This document shows, one piece after another, positions 13,050 through 27,202 of a stretch of 64,000 nucleotides of DNA. Under the pieces are notes generated by a model. It searched no databases. It was not told the origin of the DNA and saw nothing but the letters and a program-made list of their open reading frames with translations. The stretch comes from Magallana gigas (Eukaryota): contig NC_088859.1 in the NCBI RefSeq assembly GCF_963853765.1, positions 37,138,001 through 37,202,000 on the forward strand, given 5' to 3'. How positions within the stretch are numbered: the first letter of the stretch is position 1; the number at the start of each line of letters is the position of its first letter. A program made the translations under genes and the position numbers.

Positions 13050-13255
13050 CTTTCTATGGTGTTCTGATGGGGCCACTTCGACCTTCGCACTTTCGCCTTT
13101 AGGGCGTAGATGCGAGAGTGCGAAGTTGTGAAGGCGAAAGTACGAAGGCGAAGGAGCGAAGATGCGATGGCGAAAGTACATGGGCGAAGGCGAAGGAGCG
13201 ATACTACTTCGCCTTCGCAACGTCGCACTCTCGCATATGCAACTTCGCCTTTTTG
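13050..13255. repeat. GCGAAG/CTTCGC-rich composite inverted and direct repeat, probably a non-autonomous element fragment
   Basis: 13110-13142 is inverted to 13205-13236, and two GGCGAAAGTAC...GGCGAAGGAGCGA direct units lie between them. Confidence 0.55.
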
Positions 13256-14204
13256 ATTGCATTCAGCAAGTCTCGGTCGATCACATAGAATTTGATGACC
13301 GTACGTACTCAACAAGGTTTTCCGATTTATCCATGATATTGGTACGCATGCGCTAGGCCATCGTGCTTAATTACTATTTCAGATTTTTTACGCGTACTTG
13401 ACTTTAGCAACCAATCTCAAAGGGTAACTCCTTTGTTTAGAATTTAGTCATGTTAAATTTCATCGATCTATCGACCGGTACAGCTAGGGGCACAGTCACC
13501 ATGCATTTCCAATAATCAACAAAAAAACGTAGCATCAGTCGTCAATTAATAACGAAATACAGGGTTCACAACTCTTTGTTAAATTAACAAAGCGCGTATC
13601 ATGTTTTTGTTTATTATCTAATTTAAGTTGCTGAATATACATGTTAATGCACTACATCACGGTAGCTATTTGTAACGCTAGAAACTGTAAATTACATTGA
13701 TTTCGTTATACATGTACTTGCAAATACATGTAAAGAAAAAACTTTTTTTAAAGAAAAAGAAGATTTTACGGTATATATACATGTACATGTTTTTATAGCA
13801 CCGTGTTATCAGAGGTTTGTATGTATCTGTTGAATCATATCTATACAAATAGTTCAAACGGTCTGACATGCATGCAACAATTTTATTTATAAGCCCCAAG
13901 AGTGTTTTTACATCTTAGTATCATCCAAAAAAACGAAAATTAAGTTGAATCTTTCAAATACGTTTTAGTGATATAGAGCTCTTATCATTCTATCAAATGC
14001 ATGTAGTTAAACAAGCGTTTAATGATATATCATAAGCCTCGGGCGATCAAAGTTAAATCCGTGCATGTATTAATTCATTACAAATGTTCTCAGAACTTCA
14101 AAAACAGTATGTGCTATCTTTAAACTAGTTTTATAAGCATTCGGATAAGACTGAATTTCTCAATACAAGTAATGTTATAGATATGATATTTCATATCGGG
14201 ATCG

Positions 14205-14300
14205 AAATCCAGTTGGTAACAAGTGCCCCAGCTTATAGCCAATCAAAACGCGTCTCTTCGATAGCAACAACGACAACAGCAATGGCGGATAAAAAATAGC
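14205..14300 (+). promoter_or_regulatory. Putative VWA3A promoter: CpG-enriched, with a CCAAT box and RFX half-site-like motifs
   Basis: GTTGGTAAC (14212-14220), CCAAT (14239-14243) and ATAGCAAC (14261-14268) lie just upstream of the ATG at 14326. No complete X-box is present. Confidence 0.35.
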
Positions 14301-14325
14301 ACGAGAGGATATCATATTGATCAAG

Positions 14326-17300
14326 ATGGAAGCTATTTTTGGTCGCGGAAGTCGCAAAAGTAGCTTGCTTGAAGAAAATGAGTAAGGCGCTTACATTCAG
14401 ATTAATCGGTTAAGTCTGCTGATTTTAAATGATGCCACTGTACGGTGGATATTCCCTTAAAATCGCAATTTGTTAATGTTATATGTTCCTATTATACACC
14501 CTTTTTGTTATAAGAAGCTTTCGGTGGTTATCTATTTGTATGATCATTCTGTAATAATATTTTTACTTATTTCCCAGGTTTTATATCTTTGTGTCAATCT
14601 ATTATATTTTGAAAGAAAATGTTGATAAATCCAATAAAGTTTAGCCTTTAAAGCTCTATAGTCACTTCAAATTCAGTTTAGATATTAATTTATGTTCAAA
14701 TACGGAGATGGGTACCAGTGATGTACGTAAACTATTTGGATTGATTCATTGTATAGATGTAATATAACTGACATCCTGACTTGTATTCGTAGTCTACTGT
14801 TGTGCAACCAGTTCTCGCTGAGTACCATTTCTTGTCAATGCATTCTTACATGTTCTTCAGTTTTCAAATATGATTTTATGAGTTAATAAAATGATGTAAC
14901 AAATGGGCTGGAAAGAAATGGTACGTGGCGAGAAATGGTCACACGCCAGTACCATTTGTGAAATATCTCAGTCTCCACTCACAAGCTTGTTATCACAGAC
15001 ACAAACCAGTCAAGTATACACACTGTACAGCACATTAATTTTTAAGAGTATGATCAATCTTATTGTATAATTTACAATTTAGAAATGAAATCGACGATGA
15101 GACTGAAAATCCTGTGAGAGAGGATGCAGAAGATGAAGATCTTGAAGTTGCTGATGATGATAATGATGATGATGATGATGATGAAGATGACAGTGATTCA
15201 GATAGTTCATTTGATGATCACCCCAGGTAATAGTTGTCAGATTTTTTCATTACATTATGCATTGATTGAAGTTTTTAAAAAAATCATTATTATATACATT
15301 ATTCTGTATGTGTATTATCCAGTCAAATACTGTAAAACGAGAAAATATATATTGCATTACAAATTTTCGCACCTTTGGCGCATGTGCCCCTGAGTGCCAA
15401 AATTGATAGTGTGCCAATGATTTACTTTCAAGTTACACAACAAAAATGTCAATGATCAGTCCTTTTTTAATAATAGAAGTTTGCACTAACATAATTTTAA
15501 TGCATGATGATTCTGTTTGTTTACACAATTACACAGGTAAATAGTGTAGTAAACCCAGTATAAGTTCTGCCAAAACATGAATTAATTAATTTTATTTTAT
15601 TGCATATTAGTATCCATCATTATCACCTTCCAAATTGGGCTTCTCCCTGTGTCACATCCATTTAGCGCCTCAAGGGGAAAATGTGATCAAGTGTGGTGAT
15701 ACCTCTGTTTGTGTTATTTAAACATAAAATTACTGTGAAAAAGATTCGCTCATGGTGATCAAAACTAATGGTAGCATTCAATTTCCCTTAATTTTGATTT
15801 TGGAAGTCTTCTAGACAAGTTCTAGTGTTATCCCAGTCGTTATGTTAAATTCAAATTCTGACAACTTTAACTTGTTTACCAACAAAAATTACCCACCATC
15901 ACTAATTATGAAGTTTTTTATCTATCTGCTAAAAAGTTTGACAAAAGTTAGTGTATTGTTCTCAAAGACTTATACCATATACGGAAGTTAGAAATTAAAG
16001 TTCTTGTTTTCACCTGCTTGAGTGAACACGGAATTAAATTTGGGCATTACCGTTGATCAAACAAGAACATATTTTATACTCCAGTTACCTTTTTTAAGAG
16101 TTTAAACTATAGTAAAAGGTGCATTCGTTAAAATCTAATTGTGCCAATGTATTGGTTTTCTCTTTTTACAGTACAATGTTTGATGTGTTGCAAACACTTG
16201 CTTTTCTATGGAACAAGATTTGCTGATAATTTCTTATTTTCTGAACAATTTACAGAACATGGGAGAACCCAATTCCTTGGGAGCAGCCAGTGGTGAAAAA
16301 TGCCAAACCACCACATCCTTTGACTGTCACTCATGTCAACCAGACCCGGGATTTGATGGTCAGTCATTTGATGAAAATTTCTTTGTTTTTAAAATGCTTT
16401 TTTTAAACGTCTAAGAATTGATGATGTCCATGATACATTTCACTCTGCCCGAAGATAATACTCAGAGTAACCAGTAGATAGAGATGCAATTAACAAAAAT
16501 GTTCATGCATGCTTCTTTGAATACTTATTCTTTCCTTTACATCATTTTATACAGAAATTACAAAGTGCTGAAGCCATGATGAACGCAGAACTTCAGAACT
16601 CTGAGGAATGGCTAAAACTTCACAGTGTGGAATACATGAAATTAACTTTGAAAGACCTGGTTGACAGAGGCAAAATTGGAAAGTATGTAGAATATACTGG
16701 TATATATCTTAAAATATGCTTGTTGATGTCCTGTACTCTTGTATGTATTTGATCATATACTGTAATCTGGAGATTTCATTTGATCACTCAGTTCCTCAAA
16801 TCTTATTTGTTCTTATTATAATTCAATATTTCACTATTGCAGCATGAAACCAGATCACAGAACAGGAAAAGCTTTACAACACATACAGTTTGAGGCTTAT
16901 GATGTCAATGAATTTGAATACAAACTAAACATGTAAGTTATGCAAAGAAAACTATTTTTTAGCGCTTGTTCGTTTTTCCTTGAGTAAATACTGCAAGTTA
17001 CCCATAAACACAAATGTTCATGAATTATAACTGAGTAGTATAAACAAATTATGATAGGCTACACTTTACAAAATATGTATAAATTCAATTATTAAACTTA
17101 ACCTGATCTTTACTTTCAGGGCCATAGAGATGTACACAAAAAGAATTAAATGGCTGCTACAAGGAAGCAAAAGGGTATGGACAAACATTGCAAAATGTAG
17201 ATCTGATTACTGGTACTCCTCTGCAAGCAGTTGTTAACTCTGATTTCAATCAAAGCATGGTAAATCTTTATGGACTGTCTTCTATTGATCAGATATTTGG

Positions 17301-20300
17301 TAATATCCGAGGCAAAAGAATAGCAGTGGTTGTTGACATATCCGATGCTAATGCTGGGTTTGGGAGACTAACTGCCTTTCAAGAATCACTGGTGGTGAGT
17401 ACAAGTAACAAGTGCAGTATCTGCCTATCTGTAAGCAATTAATTTTGGCAGCAATTTTTGCCTTGATTCATATGCATTGGATGTTAATCTTGAGAGAATT
17501 TTGCCTGTTTAGCACCTTATAGATGAGCAACTCGCTCAGCGACAGTCTATATACCTCATGTCATTTGGAACTGACATTGACCCCCTGTGGCCTGTAGCCA
17601 GAGATGTCAACTGCAGAATGTGAGTCAATCATCTGAGATTGTAATTTCAAATGAATTAAACAAAATTAAAGAAGATAAAATAATATCAGTTCTGGAAACC
17701 ATACTCTTAAGTAATGATTATTTATTATACGTATATTTTTTCATGTCGTTGATAGAGTTGAGGAGGCCAAGGAATGGGTGATGAGGATGAAACCATCAGG
17801 AGGATGTAATCTCCTCAAGGCCCTCAAACATGTCCTGAAAGTCCAGGATGTTGATTCTGTGATGATCATTCTGGGTAGTGTGTAAGTACATGTGTATGAC
17901 TTGCATGTGACAATTAATATTCATTATCCAGATAAATAACAAGTATCTTTAACCAAACTTTTTGAATATTATTAAAACAGGCCTGACCAGACATCTGAAA
18001 TTTTATGTGACTATGTACATCAGTTGGGAATAGGCCAAGGAATCCCATTACAGACTGTTGCTTATGACTGCAGCAATCACTTGACAAATGTAAGAATGTT
18101 TACTTGCAAACTGGTAATTTATTTTTGTCTTTGAATTTTAAAAAATATCATGTATGTATTCCTGTCTGTAATTTGTCTTAGCCACCTGAGATTCGTATAA
18201 TTATCAGAAACATTCAAGTACTATGAATCTTGCGAGTGAAGATGTTTGAAATAACAGATTTCAGTTAAATTTTGATTGTTATTTCCCTTGTTCAATTCTT
18301 TATTGATTTGATCAGTTGACCCTGCGGAGTCTGTCAGAGGTGTCCCATGGTAGCTATCATTGTTACACAGCTAACTGTGAGGACCAGATCTACACTGGAA
18401 CGGACATCAGTCTCATACTGAAGGAAATACAGAAAGCCCAGGAAGTCATCAATAAAATTAAAGAGATGAGGGACGGAATGATGGGAAGTGCTCTTGTCAG
18501 CATTATGAATGAGGTAAAATAGGATTAAGCTGTGTTAATTTTTTTTTAAGAAATGTTTAGACTGGTGAATTATCAACTTTTGCTGATCTCTGCTTTCTTT
18601 GTTTAACCATTTTTCATTTTTATGTTTTCCTAGATAACAACAGAGGTCGCAAAGCTTCCTCAGTCAAGGTTTCTCCCTCGACCTCCAGGTCATGACCTCC
18701 CACTGAAAATTGAAGTGCCAAAATTCCAGGCAAGGTCATCGATTGAGTGGATCAAACAGCATGGTCTGAAAGGTATAAATATTTTTTTTTTTTATAATAG
18801 TAAACGAAACTGTTACATGTAACTGCATGTGTATCATTTTGGAGTTCATTCCCTATCATCTTCAGTCTTAAATCTGTGCTGAAAATGTTTTATGAATATT
18901 TTAAAAACTGTTTAGCCTATTTTCTATATGTAAACCTCTTTATATAGATTTATATGCCTATAATAACTCAATCAATTTTATTTGTGTATGCTCATTGTGT
19001 AGTTTTAACTTATTATGTAAAGCGCTTTAGAGTAATTTTATTATATTTAGCGCTATATAAATGTTATAATAATAATAATAAATAATAATAATCTTTATTT
19101 TCATAGCTACATGTATATTTTTCTTTATTAAAATTTATCAAAGAAGTTTTAATTTATTGAATTTACCGGTTACTCATCTACGCTTACACAATTAATGTTC
19201 TTTAATTAGTTACAAACAACCTGGTATTAAGTTTTCTTTCATATTCTTTTATTACAGCTAGAAGATTAGATCTCTACCAGATTCTAGCCCCCAATGCTTA
19301 CTCTTACAAGGAAGAGTTTATTCCAGTGATTAAAAAGGCAGTACAGTCTCAAGTTCATGAGGCAAGTACAAACATTTATCAACGTTTTGATTATCAACAG
19401 CAAGCTTTTACAGTATTGTTCATGAATGTTTGTTACAAGACTTTACTTAGAATTTTTGAGAGTTTTTGTCTTGAATTGTAAATGTCCTATTTGGTTTTAG
19501 AAAGCCATGGTACAGTTTCAATGGCATGATGGATCAGTGAAGAACATCCATGTTGACATGTCGCTGTTGTTTGAGTACCAGAAGCAGCTGTACAGCACTG
19601 TGAGGCTGTATGAGAAGAGGATCGAGTGGCTCGCCAGTGGTAGTCGCAGAATATTTGGAACCATTGTGGAGAAAAAGTAAGTGATAATTATTGAAAAATG
19701 TCACTTAGAACACTGTCAAGACTTTTATGCAAGTCATGGTATAGAAAGATTTTTGTCCCAATTTCCCTCATTGACAATAGGCAAACTGAAAATGCATGAA
19801 GCTGGTTGAAAACTTTAGGTTCCTACTCTTTGTCAGAGCGATTCAATTTTACTTGGGGAAAAATAACTCTTTCAGTAATTCTTTTAAACACGTATATTTG
19901 GATGTAAAAAAAACAAACAAACAAAACATTACATGCCCTATAAATTTGACATTTGATCTTTATTTTTTGCAGTGTTGTTATCTTGATTGATTTGTCCATT
20001 TCCAATGTCAACTATCTGGTACATATTCAGCACTCTCTCCGCCTCTTAATGGAGCAACAGCTGGCCAACAAAGAATACTTCAACATGATTGCGTAAGTAA
20101 AGTCAATGTTAATCTCTAATTTGTGTAAAGTTACTCTCTATTTTGTACTCCAATTTTTTTTACACACTTGTTAACCTGGTGACACATGCATAAAAACCTT
20201 CCTTTTTTTATAGGTTTGGAAGTGAAGCAGTTACATTTAAACCAACCATGGTAAAGCCAACCCCAGCAAATTTACAAGAAGCTTGGAGGTAAGAACTGTG

Positions 20301-23300
20301 GCCTTCAGTAGTTACAACATGTATCTTAAATAAAATCAGTCATTGTGTTGTATATTCTTTCTTTTGTGCCATATCATGATAAATTTGATATTAATTGCAG
20401 CTGGGTATTGGATCTTCAGTGTGGAGGAAGCCGCAATTTCCTTTCTGCTTTTAAATTAGCTGTTGAAAATGAGGAGGAAATAAAACACAAAATATGTAAG
20501 CTCATATAACTTGCAACATAGTGTTCTGGTTGCCTTAGAATCTTAATCAAATCATTTTTTTAAATATAATTTATATGTATTGTAGATATATTGTAAAAGT
20601 TACGTAAGATCTGCCTTTTATTTTTCTGTAGTTTCTGATGGGATATACCTCTTCAGCAGTGGTGTCCCTGATCAGACCCAGGACATTTGCTGCTCCTACA
20701 TCGAGCAGTCCACATCAGGGCGGGGCATCCACCTCCATTCCATTCTGTTCAATGTGGATGATTATGATGCAGAAGGTGCTATTCCTGGTCGCTATGCCAA
20801 CATAACCAGGACAGCTGAATGTCTACGAAACATGGCTCACTGCAGCAAAGGCAGATTCCACTGGTTCAGAGAAACTGGTAAATATACAAATAAATACAAA
20901 TACAAATATTTTTCACAATTTTTTCATTCATCCATAGCTGTCAATGTGAATGTATGAGTGTAAAACTTGAAGTTGATGTGATATTGTTATTGAATTTGAT
21001 TTCTCTTTATGTATTTATCTGATGTTCAGGTATCATTGAAAGTGATGACATTCAACACATTACAACTGAAATTGACAAGGCTATGAACTTCTCTAAAAAA
21101 GTCCAACTTCTGGTTGAGTCAGTGAAGAAAAAGTACAGAAATAGATATGTAAGTCTTAATTCAAAGTAGATCGAAGGTAATTTTTGGTACAGAATAATTA
21201 ATGAAATTAAGTGCATTGCTACTCTATCAATGGTGATTGGATAAATAAAAGGAGTAATGAGTTTGTTTTACTATAGCAACATGATATCATGGAAGAGATG
21301 GCAGCCCTCCCTGCTCCACCCCGATTTAGACGTAAAGCCCTGCCCCCAACAGCATCCACCACCCCTCCTGCTACCTACAGACAGGTAATAAAATGTCTTT
21401 AGTTATCTGGTTTTGACAAACTGTGCAATAATTGATATTTTAGGGCAGAGCAAATATTTGTGAATTGACTAATATGTTAAATTTTGTTGTTTTCTCTTTC
21501 AGCAAAGGACAGAGGTTAAAGAAGAAAGGGCCAAAATTTTATCAAAAAGACCAACAAGTGCCTCCTATTTGCGTGACAGTCAAATTGCTGGTAAATAATT
21601 TAAAAACATAATTATTTGAATATTAACAAATTTTGATATCTTTATTGATTAAGAGGATGTTCCATATCATCAAACAATTTTGTTGTGTTTATAAAAATAT
21701 ACATGTATATGAACAACATGTACTATAATACATGTACTGCGTATTTATGTAAATAGGAAGGGATAGACCCAACTCAGCCAGAGATCCTATGTCGAGAGTG
21801 AAGTCCTCCAAACGCTTTGCCACCACCAGTTTCTTCCTGGACACAAAGCAGAAGATGGGGGATGGGACAGGGAGTGTCATCAAGAAGTACCCAGACCAGA
21901 AATCTGTGCGTAAGGCAGTGGGACAGCCACACATTCCCGATGTAGAGGACATTGTCTCCACCAAAGAGGTATTTATATAGTAATCCAGAACACATTACAA
22001 ATGCTCTGTAAGTATGCTTTCATGTTAAAACTAGGATCAGATTTTGAAATTTAGCCATTCTTTTTTAAAATTAACTGATTTTACAAACTCTTGCAGTGGC
22101 TGAGGCTTTACAGTTTGTCGAAGCTGAAACTGGATTTGGATAAACTAGTATCTGGCCCGGACTGCAAGCACAATGAGGGCACTGTCAAAACCCTTCACAA
22201 ACATGTCTCTGCTAAGTGAGTATAATTTGTTTTTGTTTCAGTATTTTCATGATTCAGTTTTGAATAAGATTTACTGAGAATTTTACATGTAGAAACATTA
22301 GGAGTTTTAAAAATGATGGTTGTTGATATATGCAACTTCTTGTAGGTACTGTGATATTTTCCCAAGCATAAATGTGAAAGGAACAATCAAACACTTACAA
22401 CTCTTACCACATGAACTGAAAGAATATGAAGCTCAAGTGGAGAAGGTGCTCAAGAGATATCTAAAACGACTTCAATGGCTGCTCAGTGGTAGGGATCTGA
22501 AGATCATTTCCTTTTATGATGAAAGCTTTGGACATTTTATTCATTAACTTTGGTTTTCTAACTTGTCTGTGTACTTGTTCTAAATTAAAATATGAATTTC
22601 TAGGCAGTAGAAGAGTGTTTGGAACAATTCTGCACAAGAAGGTTGTCATCTTGGTAGACACTTCAGGATCCATGGAGCAGTATATGAATGAGTTAAAGAA
22701 AGAGTTAGCTGCCCTTATTTGGGATCAACTATACAGATTGGGTGCAAGGTACTGTAATCTTCAAGAGATGAAATAGTAAAGACATGTACTTTTTATCTTA
22801 TATTAGCTAATATTCATTTGTCTAGCTATTTTCCATCAATTTATCAAATTATAAGGGTGTTATACAAATTAATTTTAGGTTTAACCTTATTCGGTTTTCC
22901 GGTGACTGTGAAAAATGGAAACAGAGATTAGAGCCAGCCACACAGGAGAACTGTCACAGTGCTGTGTCATGGTCCTCCAGATTCACAGCCTCGGGCAATA
23001 CCTGTACACTGGATGCACTGAGGGTAAGGCTTGTAGCTCACAATTATTTTGAAGTTGGCATATGGTGTTTGACAAAATGCCCTGGCACTTGAAAAATGTG
23101 CAGGGCTATGCTACATGTTAGATTGCTTTAGATTTAACACTAATCAACTCTACCATCATGTAGAGTATTTTGCTATACATGTATCGGTACTTCAGAAAAT
23201 AACTGAACATAAAATTATTCTTTCATCTTCTAATTTTAGATGGCCTTTGATGATCCTGACATTACAGCAGTATATATGTTAACTGACGGAAAACCAGACA

Positions 23301-24240
23301 CAAGCACCTCCATGGTCCTGAAGGAAGTCTCCGAGATGAATGTGGACAGGAAGATTCCTATCAACACCATCTCCTTCAACTGTTCAGACAGGTTTGTTCT
23401 TGTTATCAGTCAAGTTCAACATCTTCTCTTTTATAAGAAAAGTCAACTTTCCAACATCATCGATGTAGAAAATTGTCATATACTTACTGGTATGATCTTT
23501 GAGTGACTATTCTTAATACTCTTATATAGCACTGCAAACAATTTCCTTCACCTGATGGCACAAGAGACAAGTGGCAGGTATCATCGCTGTCAAACAGATT
23601 TCGATGCACAGCTTTTTGCACACAAGCTGTTGACAGAGGGTTTTGAGGATACAGAGTACCCCCATTTACCAGAGTTTGAAGGAGATGATCTACGCAGACT
23701 TGGCTCTGAAATCAACACTGCCCGCAAATATTTGGCACAGTCAAGGCAGTACAGGTAGGACACAAATTCACAAATGTTCAAGTCTATAGACATGTATATG
23801 CCCATCTAATATCTAATGTAGCCCTCATCACTCAAGGCCTACAAAAAAAAAATCTATGTCTAAATTATCATTCTCCTCAATAAGTCTCAGAAATCAAGAA
23901 GTTCAAATTTTCTTTCATGATAATACCGGTAATTATTATCATATCAAAGGTCAAAATTTAATGAATATTAATGATATTTCTCTTTTAGATCTTTATATCA
24001 GTCAAAAGTATCACAGAGTGAAAAACCAGCGAGCAACAAAGGTAATTATCAGTAAACATGTATTGTAGTTTCATTGTAATTACATTGTAATTGTTAAGCA
24101 TGTACATGTACACAACAGTTTGTTTATGAATATACGAAACAATCTTATTTTTTTTCATAAAATCTATACAAAAAATATTTATATTTTTAGGAAATGTGAC
24201 TCCATTTGTTGTTGGCAAACCAAAGACGACTGTGCAATAG
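14326..24240 (+). CDS. VWA3A: von Willebrand factor A domain-containing protein 3A, about 1243 aa, 30 exons
   Basis: In-frame exons: 14326-14381, 15083-15226, 16256-16358, 16555-16682, 16843-16932, 17120-17174, 17293-17394, 17513-17619, 17756-17881, 17981-18089, 18316-18513, 18634-18772, 19258-19361, 19501-19676, 19973-20092, 20214-20288, 20401-20495, 20632-20877, 21030-21148, 21277-21384, 21503-21590, 21757-21968, 22097-22215, 22346-22488, 22604-22748, 22879-23023, 23240-23391, 23530-23754, 23989-24041, 24191-24240. The protein has three repeats of (EWL..H/Y)...(RI.WL..GS.R.FG.I)-vWA. The C-terminal vWA has DTSGS and TDGKPD. Confidence 0.88.
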
Positions 24241-25089
24241 AAGTTTTGAGGAAACAGAAGTAGATAACCTTGACAGCTGTTAGATATTGTTGTAAAATGT
24301 ATTCCAGTGCTTTCATGAAGACAAAACATACTTTCATATTAACTCAAACAGATACTGTCAATGATGCAATTTCCATCAGACTCTTTAAAAAAATGTTACA
24401 TTTTATATGAAAACTTTGTATATTTGGAATTATTATTTTTTTTTATCAATCTTAGCTTTCTTTATGATGTATTTTAGATAACTGTAGATATGCATATGGT
24501 CATGGAGTTGGGTGCTTTTGGATTAGCTCTAATTTTAAAAAAAAATTATTTTTTCACTCTTTGTGCAGACTGCATATGGCTAGGTATTAACTAGAATAAG
24601 AAAACATCTTGAAGTTAATTTTTTTAATATGCATGTACATGCAAGGACATGTATTTAAAGTGTATCAAATACAGACTAAATCTGTAGATAGTATGTATAC
24701 TGGGAGTAGAGCTGTTTTCTGTGATATGGTGAGTAAAGACTAAGAGCCAATAGGTACATGCAAGTTATGTGAAAGTGATATTATCATGTTTATAATGTTA
24801 CATATTAATTGTTTGATACTTAGTTTACAACATGGAAAGATTCATTAAAACATAGAATAAAAATAAGAGAATATCTTTCTGTTTTTATTTAATAAATTAC
24901 TTACACACATATTTATATATCTACTGTATACAACATAGAATCATCAGAGTGTATGATTCCTGAATTGTTTGGTACCTGCAGCTCTGGTGAATTTAAATAC
25001 CAAATTATTTTTTAGGATGGATTTTGTTATTGGTAGCTCAACTTAGCTAAAAGCTTTTGACTCTGAACATAAAAACCGTGCCCATGAAA

Positions 25090-25275
25090 CATTATTATAC
25101 TTTCATGTTAAATACTGAAATCTGATTGGTTAAGACGCAGTTAATAATATTTTCTATTACCCTCAGCGTTAGCAACGCACTTAGCAACGGGTAACATTAA
25201 AAAATGTTACATGCGCGAAAATTATGCGCAATTTCAACTGTTACCCTCCCAAACAGGCACTATTTATTATAATAT
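25090..25275. mobile_element. Short interspersed repeat fragment (possibly an internally deleted non-autonomous Crypton-like element)
   Basis: It contains CTGATTGGTTAAGACGCAG...TTAGCAACGCACTTAGCAACGGGTAAC...AATTTCAACTGTTACCCTCCCAAACAGGCAC. I recall this as a common oyster repeat but did not verify it by search. Confidence 0.35.
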
Positions 25276-26609
25276 TATTAGAATGGGTAGGGTACATGTA
25301 CATGGAGACAAAGAAAAAAGATCCACTATCTCAGTTTTGTATTTTGGTTTCTTTTTTCTAAGACAAAATTAACTTTACATGAAGAATGACAACTTTATTT
25401 TCTACACATTGTATCTGTTTATCAGACACTGACAGAGAAAGTTTTTTCTCATGTATTGTTAATGCATCGGACGAAGACCATCCCCTCCATTTATAGAATG
25501 AGAAATAAAGGAACAAGCAACAACAAATTTAAAATTAATGTTCTGCAAATAATTCTTCACTTTTATATAGATCATAGTAGTTCGCCAACTGTCATCGTGT
25601 TGTTCCTTGTGAATATCGCAGTTACTAAATTAATATGCCATGTAAAATTCGGACAAAATCGATTATAGTGAGAACAAATCGATTAATAATATTAATTTAA
25701 CGATTCTATAAAAATCGATTATAAAGCATTTATTAATTTCTGTTACTATAATACATGTAACTCTTTCTAGCATGGGCTTTCAATTCTTCCTTTAAGTTAG
25801 TTGTTTCGTTTTCATTCATACACGAATCGGCTGTTGTCTTTTTCTCGAGGAGTAATTTAGAGGCTAGTGTAGAAGTCTGTCTCATCAACGTTTGATTTTT
25901 TTTTTTTCATAATGCATAATATTTCTTGAAGTTCTTAAACTTCTAGTAAGAGGTTTTATTAATTCATATGCAATATAGATCAAATTATATACACATTTCT
26001 TTCATTTTTTTAAGGGAATGCGAAAAAATTATGATAGATTTTATTACACCCTAACGTATTTGATAACATAATATTCGAGGAATGATTCCTTATTACTATT
26101 ATCATTTTTAGCAGTTGTGTGATTTAAAAATGTTAAAATAGTCATTGATAAAATATATTGGACTAGTATACATTTCAAAATCGATCCGATCACAAACAAA
26201 GACACTGGAATAAATATATAAAAACTTGGCGACTTCCGACAAGTACATTGTATTTTGTGCTTATCATCAGCAACAAAAATGCGCACTTAAAATTTATTAG
26301 TTAAATATTCCTAAAGTGATTGAAACACTTTTTAAAACTTGGGGCTTTTAAGCCTTGCAGGGGATTTTAAAACACTGGAAAGATTCAGTTTTAAATTAGA
26401 TTTTAGGTTTCAAGTAAAATGTGAAGAACAAATTAAATATCACAGCAATGCAAAGCGAACATTCAGTCAAACTAAAGTTATTTATCAAAGTCGTATATGT
26501 TAACGCCTTATAATATATATGTATAGGAGATATATTGATAGTAGTAAGTGCACTGAATTCATTAGAATTTATACTAAGTCTGAAACATTGAAAACTGAAT
26601 AATCATAGA

Positions 26610-26612
<3 letters not shown>

Positions 26613-26658
<46 letters not shown>
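26613..26658. repeat. (CT)n microsatellite
   Basis: Directly visible. Confidence 0.95.
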
Positions 26659-26660
<2 letters not shown>

Positions 26661-27202
26661 GATTTTAAATATATATTTTTATCAAAAAAATGAAAATAAA
26701 AGAATTGTTATTTATCCATTTCTTTAAAATACAATTACAGTTGCATTTACAATTTAGAAAAAATTAAAATATTCGATTTTTTTTAAAGATTAAAAATAAT
26801 ATTATTATATAGCATATATGTTACATACCATATATAAAGTATATGGCATGTGTAATGTTTCATTTGCATTTAATTGTGGGATATCCCAATCATTGTTATC
26901 AATTGTTATCTGAATTGATTCGTCATTCAAAATCCCCTTAAAACTTTCTTGAGAGTCAACACCTTCAGTAGAAGGAGAAACTTGATCAATCAAATTCAAA
27001 GTCAAAATCAACTAATAAATTTGAGCGAATTAAATCAATAAAACCAGGGACGTATATACTAGTTTATACGTCCCTAATATAACTAAGTCGTGGATCCATT
27101 ACAACGGGGTTCCATAGACAAGTTTTAGCTTGTTTATTCAACAAGTCGGGATAGGAATACGTGAATCACACATGTTGAAATCGAGGCGTTGCGATCAACA
27201 AC

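Noticed and set aside
15611-16230. Strong-looking acceptors at 15610 and 16170 in VWA3A intron 2
   Set aside because: Both give in-frame stops after exon 2, whereas the 16255 acceptor gives a continuous VWA3A-like frame.
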